A DNA stretch of 39,984 nt. It comes from an uncultured Verrucomicrobiota bacterium (GTDB lineage Bacteria; Verrucomicrobiota; Kiritimatiellia; CAIQIC01; JAGNIJ01). Positions 20,923 to 27,903 of this stretch are shown here, piece by piece. The stretch is from positions 1,748 to 41,731 of the forward strand of contig CAZTYH010000006.1 in the NCBI GenBank assembly GCA_964617565.1, given 5' to 3'. Position 1 is the stretch's first letter. Every line of letters begins with the position of its first letter. Made by a program: the position numbers and the translations under genes. The notes below the pieces were generated by a model. That model was given only the letters and a program-made list of their open reading frames with translations, was not told the DNA's origin and did no database searches.

Positions 20923-21042
20923 GATCCGCTTATGGCACAAGGCGAGGATGCGAGGCAATCGAAAAGCCCACACTGAACCCACGGCAGTCGCCACGCCTTA
21001 CCAGGCGCGGCGACAGTAAAAAGGAAAGTGAAGCCGCCGTTG

Positions 21043-22008
21043 CTAAGCGGTGGCTGGTGTTTGCTCCTGGCTTCCCGGCGTCTGTTCCCCGATCACAAGA
21101 CCTTCCGACGCCATCGCGGTCGGCAACTGGTCGTAGGAGAACGCTTCGTTCCGCGCGCGGCCCAGGCCGATGACGCAATCGCCGAGGCCGGATCCGGAGA
21201 TCTTCGCGCCCATGATGCCGGGATCTTTCCGCAGGGCATAAACAATGCCGGCCATCTTTCCGTCGCAGACGCCGATAGCGTCCATCAGGCCCTGGTTGAT
21301 GTTCATCAGTCCGCCGACCGATTGCCAGTCCTCGCGTTCGATGGCCGCCGCGGCTTCCTCGGCGCTGTGTCCCATCAACTGGTAGATGCGGTCGTATGTT
21401 TCGGGGTGCTTCTCGCGCGCGGCCTCGACGATGCGAACCACATCGGCCGTCGGTTTTTTGCTACCGGAATAAACCAGTGTAACGGGATGCACGGCGCCCA
21501 GTTTTGTCACCTTGAGCGGCTTTGCACGATATAGAAGGATGCCGCCATATACGCTCGCGGCGGCATCGGCGCCGGACCCAAGGCCCTGGACTTCCTGGAT
21601 GATCGCGATGCTTTCCCGCAGCACGTGTTCCTCTTTCGCTTCCCCGTCCAGCCAGAGATCCAGCGTTGCGGTCGTGGCCACCGTGACGGCGGCCGAGGAG
21701 CCAAGCCCGGCCTTGTGTGTGAATTCCGATTGCACGGTGAGGTCGAAGCCGGTCTGCAGATCCGCTTTGCGCCGCGCGATGGCGCTCAGCACAAACGAAA
21801 AAGGTTCTTTCGGCTCTATCGAGTCCAGCATCACCATGCAGCGGCCGAGGGATGAGGTGATATGGATTTCGCGGTCTTCGCGCGGCATGAGCGAAACGTG
21901 GATGCGGCGGTTGAGCGCGCAGACGAGTGCGTGATGGCTGTGAAGCACTGCGTGTTCGCCGAACAGCATCATGCTGCCGGGTGCGGAGGTGCGAATGGGC
22001 GTATTCAT
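21043..22008 (-). CDS. GHMP kinase, probable phosphomevalonate kinase
   Basis: SAPGSMMLFGEHAV, GLGSSAAV, GSGADAAAS, KISGSGLGDC; second kinase of the mevalonate operon. Confidence 0.8.
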   Translation of the reverse strand: MNTPIRTSAPGSMMLFGEHAVLHSHHALVCALNRRIHVSLMPREDREIHITSSLGRCMVMLDSIEPKEPFSFVLSAIARRKADLQTGFDLTVQSEFTHKAGLGSSAAVTVATTATLDLWLDGEAKEEHVLRESIAIIQEVQGLGSGADAAASVYGGILLYRAKPLKVTKLGAVHPVTLVYSGSKKPTADVVRIVEAAREKHPETYDRIYQLMGHSAEEAAAAIEREDWQSVGGLMNINQGLMDAIGVCDGKMAGIVYALRKDPGIMGAKISGSGLGDCVIGLGRARNEAFSYDQLPTAMASEGLVIGEQTPGSQEQTPATA

Positions 22009-22069
22009 GCGATCTCCTCAGTACAACAATCTGTGATCGAATGCCGTCATGATACACGGTCGCGAAGAT

Positions 22070-22138
22070 TTTTCCAATGATTGGAAAATATTCCGGCCGT
22101 TTTTCCAGGCACTTGTCCGCCTTTGGCGGATTGGAAAA
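22070..22138. repeat. Pair of TTTTCCA-NNN-ATTGGAAAA palindromes, the second interrupted by a 19-bp insert
   Basis: 22070-22088 TTTTCCAATGATTGGAAAA; 22101-22111 TTTTCCAGGCA + [22112-22130] + 22131-22138 TTGGAAAA. Confidence 0.8.
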
Positions 22139-22141
22139 AAC

Positions 22142-23152
22142 TCACCCGACAATCCGCGCGCCGAGAGGTTCGCCGCGGACGGAAATGATGTCGTAGCCGT
22201 AACGCTCGCAGACTTCCTTCGGGGCTTTCTCGGAGCAGACGAGCACGATGCCTGCGTTGTCGCCGCCGCAGGCGCCCGCGCCGCAAATCTTTGCGGCGGC
22301 GCCCCACTTCTCCACGTCAGCGACGAATCCCTGCACCTTTTCGGGCACGACGCCGATCTCGCTCAACAGGCGATGGTTTTCGCGGATCAGCCGCTGGATT
22401 TCCTCGATGTTGTTCTGCGCGAGGGCGATTTCCATCGCGCGCGTGATGGTTTCGAAATCTTCCCATATCCGGCTCTGCGAAAATCGCTCGCGCACGTGCG
22501 TGACGCACTCGCCGGTGCTAGTGATCGGCGTGCCGGTATTGACGAGATGCATTGGCATGCGGGGCAGGGGAATCTTCTCCGCCCGGCCTTCCTGGAATCG
22601 CGCGCATCCACCATGCAGGGAAATGTAGGTGTCCACACCGCTGGCATGACCGTGTTGAAGGTTTTCCGCTTCGAGGCTGTAGGCCTGGTACCACTCGGGC
22701 CGGAAGTCCACGCGGAAATAATGGCCGATCGCGCGAAGGGTGCTCAGGACCGTTGCCGCGGATGACCCCATGCCGCAGCCGATGGGGATGTTCGAGTGGA
22801 GTTGTATCTTGAAGCCGCTCGCCACCTTGAGGTGCAGGCCGTCGAGGATCGTGATGAACGCGAACTGGAACAATTCGACCGGCTTGTAGAGTACCTCGCG
22901 GATGCCGAGATTGCCTTCGAGAAAAAGGCGGTAGTTCTTGGCGACGCGGTTCTTCAGTTCGCGCAGGGCGCGGATGGTGAAGGACTCCTGCTGGCTGAAA
23001 TCCTGCATTTCGAAGGAAATCTCGTCATGGGCGCCGCCGGGAATGATGATGGACTGAGCGCTGCGATCCACTGCCATCGCGATCGCCGGCTTCCCGTAAA
23101 CCACCGCGTGTTCGCCCGTCAGAATCAGTTTTCCTGGCGCAATTGCCTTCAT
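22142..23152 (-). CDS. mvk: Mevalonate kinase
   Basis: APGKLILTGEHAVVYGKPAIA, PIGCGMGSSAA, HGHASGVD, KICGAGACGG. Confidence 0.87.
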   Translation of the reverse strand: MKAIAPGKLILTGEHAVVYGKPAIAMAVDRSAQSIIIPGGAHDEISFEMQDFSQQESFTIRALRELKNRVAKNYRLFLEGNLGIREVLYKPVELFQFAFITILDGLHLKVASGFKIQLHSNIPIGCGMGSSAATVLSTLRAIGHYFRVDFRPEWYQAYSLEAENLQHGHASGVDTYISLHGGCARFQEGRAEKIPLPRMPMHLVNTGTPITSTGECVTHVRERFSQSRIWEDFETITRAMEIALAQNNIEEIQRLIRENHRLLSEIGVVPEKVQGFVADVEKWGAAAKICGAGACGGDNAGIVLVCSEKAPKEVCERYGYDIISVRGEPLGARIVG

Positions 23153-24324
23153 GTCAGTGCTTCGTACAGCCGCTTATGCTGGCTGATCCCTTTCATACGA
23201 TACGGACCGGTGCGGTACTGGGCAAACGTATGATCCCCCCCATCCGTCGGACAACCAAGCTGAAAAATGTCCTCATACTGCTGGTACGTCAGCTCTGTCC
23301 GATTGTCCAGAAAATTCTTGTGGGCTGCGCTGTAGAGGTGCTTCTTGTAGTCGGATTGCAGCACCCCGCTGAAGAATTCGCCCATGCAGCCTGACCCATA
23401 GCTGAAAAGCGCAAGTCTCTTTTCTGCAAGGTCTTCTGTACAGTTGTCCAGCAGGGAGCATAGGCCTTCGTAGAGCGATGCGGCATACGTATTTCCGGTT
23501 ATGCGGTTGTAGCGCAGCGATTCCCCGATCTGGTGTTCCAGGTCGTCAGGCGTGAGATCCTTAATCCCTGCCGTCTTGGCAAGGCGGGCGTGCGCTTTCT
23601 CCGCCATTTTGGTGAAGGGCAGGTGATAGCAGAACCGGGCCATATCCGCGAACCCGTGGCCGGACAGGGTGTGATATTGGCGCCAAGCCTCCTCCAACGC
23701 CGCTATGTAAACCCGCATGGAATACTTACCGTCCACGACCGCTTCGTCCCTGTAATTGGGCCGCCAGAAGTCCATGACATCGCTGGCATACAGGCCGCTT
23801 TCCGGGTCAATCGCGAGGATGCGCGGATTCGCGCTCACCAGCATCGCGATCGCACCGGCCCCCTGGGTCGGCTCGCCCGGACTGCCCAGATCGTACCGGG
23901 CGATATCGGACGCCAGGACCAGCGCTTTCTTGCCGGGATTCCGGATGGCCCACGGGATCGCCATTTGCAGTGCGGCGGTGCCTGCATAGCAGGCTTCTTT
24001 CAATTCGAAAGCACGGCAGCGCGTGGGGAGTTTGAGCAGGCCGTGCGCAAACATCGCGGCGGCCTTGGACTGGTCCACGCCGCTCTCCGTGCCGAAGAGG
24101 AGCAGTTCGATTTCGCTTGGATCGGTTTGATCCAGGATTGGCTTCGCGGCGCTGGCCGCCATCGTCACGATGTCCTCATCCGGCGGCGGGATCGCCATCT
24201 TCTCCTGGCCGATGCCCACGCTGAACTTGTTGTAATCCACGCCCCGCTTCTCGGCCAGCGTCTTGAGGTCGAGGAAATATTGCGGTGTGTAGAAGCTGAT
24301 TAAATCTATGCCTGCAGTTGTCAT
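23149..24324 (-). CDS. mvaS: Hydroxymethylglutaryl-CoA synthase
   Basis: GTESGVDQSK, KEACYAGTAAL (catalytic Cys), GEPTQGAGA, DFWRPNY, HLPFTKM, FSYGSG. Confidence 0.96.
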   Translation of the reverse strand: MTTAGIDLISFYTPQYFLDLKTLAEKRGVDYNKFSVGIGQEKMAIPPPDEDIVTMAASAAKPILDQTDPSEIELLLFGTESGVDQSKAAAMFAHGLLKLPTRCRAFELKEACYAGTAALQMAIPWAIRNPGKKALVLASDIARYDLGSPGEPTQGAGAIAMLVSANPRILAIDPESGLYASDVMDFWRPNYRDEAVVDGKYSMRVYIAALEEAWRQYHTLSGHGFADMARFCYHLPFTKMAEKAHARLAKTAGIKDLTPDDLEHQIGESLRYNRITGNTYAASLYEGLCSLLDNCTEDLAEKRLALFSYGSGCMGEFFSGVLQSDYKKHLYSAAHKNFLDNRTELTYQQYEDIFQLGCPTDGGDHTFAQYRTGPYRMKGISQHKRLYEALT

Positions 24325-24343
24325 GTCAGGTCCTCAGCGGAAT

Positions 24344-24447
24344 TGGAGTAGTGGAGTGTTGGAGAAATGGAGTATTGGGGAGGGCGCAGAAACTTTTCTT
24401 GTCCTTTTCCTTCCATCACGCCACCACTCCATCACTCCAGCACTCCA
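24344..24447. repeat. Inverted array of 8-nt units (TGGAGTNN / NNACTCCA) at the fni-mvaS junction
   Basis: Left arm TGGAGTAG TGGAGTGT TGGAGAAA TGGAGTAT (from 24344); right arm CCACTCCA TCACTCCA GCACTCCA (24424-24447). Confidence 0.8.
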
Positions 24448-25468
24448 GTAGCAACTCTTCTCTCCCAATCAACTTGTCCGCGCACGACACGCCAAGCAGG
24501 AACAGGGCGGTCGTGAATTCGCGGCGCAACCGTTCGATCACCTCAATTACATCTTCCGTGGATTCCATTGCGGGCTTCAGGAACGGCGCGGCCATCCCGC
24601 AGAGCGAAGCGCCGAGGATCATGGCCTTGACCATATCCATGCCCGACCGTATGCCGCCGGATGCGATCAACGTGATGGCGTCGCGATAAGGCTTCAGTGC
24701 CTGCAGCGCGGCGGGGGTGGGAATGCCCCAGTCCTGGAAGATCAGGCCGAGATCGCGGCGGTCGCTCTCCATAAGGCTGTGATGCTCGATCCGGCTCCAC
24801 GACGTGCCGCCCGCGCCCGCGACATCAATGTACTCAATGCGGCCCTTCAAAATGAGTTCGACATCCTCTGCCGAAATGCCTGCGCCCACTTCCTTGAGGA
24901 CCACCGGTTTGTCGAGTGCATCCGCGACCTCAATAATTTTTCCGGCCAGCCCGCTGAAATTTACATCGCCGCTTGGCTGTACCGCTTCCTGCAGCGGGTT
25001 CAGGTGCAGGTAGAGCGCGTCGGCATCGAGGACTTCCAGCGCTTCACGGCATTGTTCCAGCGTGAAGCCGTAGTTCAATTGCACGGCGCCGAGGTTGGCG
25101 AAGAGCAGGGCGTTGGGCGCGAGCCGCCGCAATTCGAAACTGGACCGGGCCTTCGGATTGGTGAACATCACGCGCTGGGAGCCGACCGCCATCGCAACGC
25201 CGGTGGCCTCTGCCGCCTTCGCCAGGTTGAAATTGATCTTGCGCACGAGATCGTGGTCGCCGCCGGTCATGGACGAGATCAGCAGGGGAAAGGAAAGCTT
25301 CTTACCCATGAACTCGATGCCGGGCGAGACTTCGCGGAGGTTCAGTTCGGGCAGGGCGCGATGTTTCAGCCGGATCGCATCGAAATGAAAACGGCGCCGG
25401 TCGGACTCCGGGTCGCCCTCGATCGTCCGCAGGTGTCTCAGTTTTCGTTCGTTTGTAGGATCAGTCAT
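24416..25468 (-). CDS. fni: Type 2 (FMN-dependent) isopentenyl-diphosphate delta-isomerase
   Basis: RKLRHL, ISSMTGG, AVGSQR, ANLGAVQL, HLNPLQEAVQPSGD, KEVGAG, GAGGTSW, ASGGIRSGMD. Confidence 0.96.
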   Translation of the reverse strand: MTDPTNERKLRHLRTIEGDPESDRRRFHFDAIRLKHRALPELNLREVSPGIEFMGKKLSFPLLISSMTGGDHDLVRKINFNLAKAAEATGVAMAVGSQRVMFTNPKARSSFELRRLAPNALLFANLGAVQLNYGFTLEQCREALEVLDADALYLHLNPLQEAVQPSGDVNFSGLAGKIIEVADALDKPVVLKEVGAGISAEDVELILKGRIEYIDVAGAGGTSWSRIEHHSLMESDRRDLGLIFQDWGIPTPAALQALKPYRDAITLIASGGIRSGMDMVKAMILGASLCGMAAPFLKPAMESTEDVIEVIERLRREFTTALFLLGVSCADKLIGREELLLECWSDGVVA

Positions 25469-25475
25469 CGGAAGT

Positions 25476-25985
25476 GCCCACAGATCAGACAGATGCACGC
25501 AGATTTGATGTATGGTGTTTTCGATTATTCGTAACGATCATACGTTCATACTCCAACCCGGGATGATGACCGAAATTGACAAGCAGTCCAACCTCATAAC
25601 CCGTGTCGTTCAGATAGTTCAAGAGTTGTGCGCGATGCTCATCCGCAAGCTTCGATACGGCCTTGATTTCCAAAACAACGTGGTTGTAACAAATGAAATC
25701 CGGAATGTAGTGCTGGCGCAACCGCACGCCCTTGTATTCCAGCGGCACCATGGCTTGGGATTGCATGCTGATCGAGCGCAGGGGGAATTCGAGCTCAAGA
25801 CATTCATGGTAGACCGGTTCGTGAAATCCGCAGCCTTTTATATTATATACCTCAAAACAGGCGCCAAGAATCGCGTAGGTCTCTTGTCCGTGAGGAAACT
25901 TGCCGTTGATTGCTTGTCCTCCATCCCCTTGCATAGAATACATATTCCTTTCTTTTATCTGTGTAAATCTGTGTGATCTGTGGGC
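25476..25985 (-). mobile_element. Putative mobile cassette: GxxExxY gene bounded by 29-bp imperfect inverted repeats
   Basis: 25476-25504 GCCCACAGATCAGACAGATGCACGCAGAT vs reverse complement of 25957-25985 GCCCACAGATCACACAGATTTACACAGAT (25/29 identical). Sits between two mevalonate genes. Confidence 0.6.
25485..25943 (-). CDS. GxxExxY family protein (PD-(D/E)XK nuclease-like)
   Basis: ILGACFEVYN..GCGFHEPVYHECL, PDFICY..VVLEIKAV, AQLLNYL, GLLVNFG; AAGGA RBS. Confidence 0.9.
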   Translation of the reverse strand: MYSMQGDGGQAINGKFPHGQETYAILGACFEVYNIKGCGFHEPVYHECLELEFPLRSISMQSQAMVPLEYKGVRLRQHYIPDFICYNHVVLEIKAVSKLADEHRAQLLNYLNDTGYEVGLLVNFGHHPGLEYERMIVTNNRKHHTSNLRASV

Positions 25986-26022
25986 CCATTCTTCTGTCTT
26001 GTGCGTAACCTTGATCTGTGGT

Positions 26023-27060
26023 CTATCTCTCCATCTTCCGATGCGCGTTCATCAGCTCGCCGGGGTTGGTCTGGGCGGCGAGCAATGAAAGTTCGCCACA
26101 CAAAACCGTGGCGGCGCAGATCACCGCCAGTCGCCGCGCGTTTTCGCCCGGCTCCCTTTGCTCAAGACAGCCCAGCTTCCGTAGAATTTCCTGAACGAAA
26201 TCGAGGTTCTTTCCCGCGCCCACCGTGCCCACGATGATGTTAGGGACGGTCGCGGAAAAATAGAGGTCTTCGCCCCGCGCCTCCGCGTGAACGAAGCCCT
26301 GCGAACCCTCCACAATGTTGGCCGCGTCCTGTCCGGTTGCGAGGTAGAACGCCAGCAGCATGTTCGCGAAATGCGCGTTGGCGCTCCGAATGCCGCCCGC
26401 GAGCATCGTGCCGATCAGGTTCTTCTTGATGTTGAGGTCCGCAATTTTCTGCGGAGTCGTCCGCAGCACCCGCGCACAGACATGGCCGGGGATCGTGATT
26501 TCGGTTACGACGTTCTTGCCGCGCCCGAGGATGCCGTTCACCGCGCTCGCTTTTTTGTCCGTGCAGTAATTGCCGGAGATGGAGACGTAACGGATATCCG
26601 AGTATTGGGCTATGATCCAGTTGGCCAACTGCTCCGCCGCCGCTGTCACCATGTTGTGGCCCGCCGCGTCGCCGGTGAACAATTCGAACCGGATATACAT
26701 CAGGTTCGCGACAACCTGCGTGTGAATGGAGAGCAGGCGGGCGAAACGGCTGGTTTCGGTGACGGCCTTTCGCAGTTCTTCGATGCGATTCCGCACGCAT
26801 TCCGCCGTGATCACGGCGACTTCCGCGTTGGGCGCTTCGAGCAGGATCGAGCGGGACATCCGGTCGTCGGCAATCACGGCGCGGATGCCGTCGGTCATCA
26901 TCGAAACCTTTGCCCCGCGATTTACGGACGGCCACAGCGGCGTTTCGTAGGTTGCGAGAGGGACGGAGACCTCATCCTGAACTTCCTCGCCCGTAATTCG
27001 AATGGGGCCGACCCATTTAAGCGGAACCTGTGCAAAAGTGTCTGATGGCTCTTTATTCAT
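26023..27060 (-). CDS. mvaA: Hydroxymethylglutaryl-CoA reductase (compact class I-like bacterial type)
   Basis: VPLATYETPLWPSVNRGA, TGDAAGHNM, SGNYCTDKK, GRGK, NAHFANML, TGQDAANIVEGS, VLCGELSLLAA. Confidence 0.93.
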   Translation of the reverse strand: MNKEPSDTFAQVPLKWVGPIRITGEEVQDEVSVPLATYETPLWPSVNRGAKVSMMTDGIRAVIADDRMSRSILLEAPNAEVAVITAECVRNRIEELRKAVTETSRFARLLSIHTQVVANLMYIRFELFTGDAAGHNMVTAAAEQLANWIIAQYSDIRYVSISGNYCTDKKASAVNGILGRGKNVVTEITIPGHVCARVLRTTPQKIADLNIKKNLIGTMLAGGIRSANAHFANMLLAFYLATGQDAANIVEGSQGFVHAEARGEDLYFSATVPNIIVGTVGAGKNLDFVQEILRKLGCLEQREPGENARRLAVICAATVLCGELSLLAAQTNPGELMNAHRKMER

Positions 27061-27183
27061 GATCTTTCCATCCTGATGGCCGCTGTTGATTCATTGAATA
27101 CAACGTTTTGGAGGTCAAACAAAGCAAAGAATGATTGACTCTGGGATGCAATCTATCGTTCACATAGTGCGCAACAACCTGAC

Positions 27184-27260
27184 GGGCCCTTAGCTCAGTT
27201 GGTCAGAGCAGGGGACTCATAATCCTCTGGTCGTAGGTTCGAGTCCTACAGGGCCCACCA
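27184..27260 (+). tRNA. tRNA with CAT anticodon, most likely tRNA-Ile2 (lysidine)
   Basis: GGGCCCTTAGCTCAGTTGGTCAGAGCAGGGGACTCATAATCCTCTGGTCGTAGGTTCGAGTCCTACAGGGCCCACCA; paired 1:72 (not fMet), ileX-like acceptor stem and GACTCATAATC anticodon arm. Confidence 0.9.
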
Positions 27261-27473
27261 CCCTTCGTCCCGAACGCGCTTCGCGCCTCGGGACTACAGC
27301 TGGCAAGCCAGTCTTCTCCTGCAGGGGTCCTGCCGTGTCCCGGCGTAGTTCGCAAAGCGAATGAAGATTGCCGCGGCGAAGCGGCGAGCCTTCTCTTCTC
27401 GTTCACCCCTTGCTTTATATCTTTGTTTATGGCTAAAATCTACGAAAGCGGAAGCGTTGCACGGGAGATAATC

Positions 27474-27890
27474 ATGACACCGAGAAACATCTATATCACG
27501 GAGTTCGACAAGAAGCGGCTTGAGGAACTGATCGAGGTCGCGGAGGATTTCGGTGATCATGGCCGGAAAGATCTTGCGGCATTGGCCGCGGAGCTCGGGC
27601 GGGCCACCGTGGTGTCCTCCAGGGACGTGCCTGCGGATGTGGTGACGATGAATTCCCGCGTGCGCCTCCGCGATCTGGAGTCAGGCGAGGATATGGCCTA
27701 TGTCCTCGTTTTCCCCAACCAGGCGGACATTTCAAGCGGAGCCATTTCGGTCCTTGCACCCGTGGGCACCGCGCTGCTCGGATACGCAAAGGGCGACGAG
27801 ATCGAATGGCCTGTCCCGGGCGGGATCCGTCGCATCAAGATCGAAGATGTTTTATATCAGCCCGAAGCAGCGGGACATTATCACCTGTAG
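27474..27890 (+). CDS. rnk: Nucleoside diphosphate kinase regulator (GreA/GreB family)
   Basis: IYITEFDKKRL, VPADVVTMNSRV, ISVLAPVGTALLGY, VLYQPEAAG; GGAG RBS. Confidence 0.92.
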   Translation: MTPRNIYITEFDKKRLEELIEVAEDFGDHGRKDLAALAAELGRATVVSSRDVPADVVTMNSRVRLRDLESGEDMAYVLVFPNQADISSGAISVLAPVGTALLGYAKGDEIEWPVPGGIRRIKIEDVLYQPEAAGHYHL

Positions 27891-27903
27891 ACAATCCGCG
27901 TGC

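Noticed and set aside
27184-27260. tRNA-Met or initiator tRNA call
   Set aside because: G1-C72 is paired and the three consecutive G-C pairs of the fMet anticodon stem are absent; the sequence resembles Ile2 tRNAs, though elongator Met is not fully excluded.
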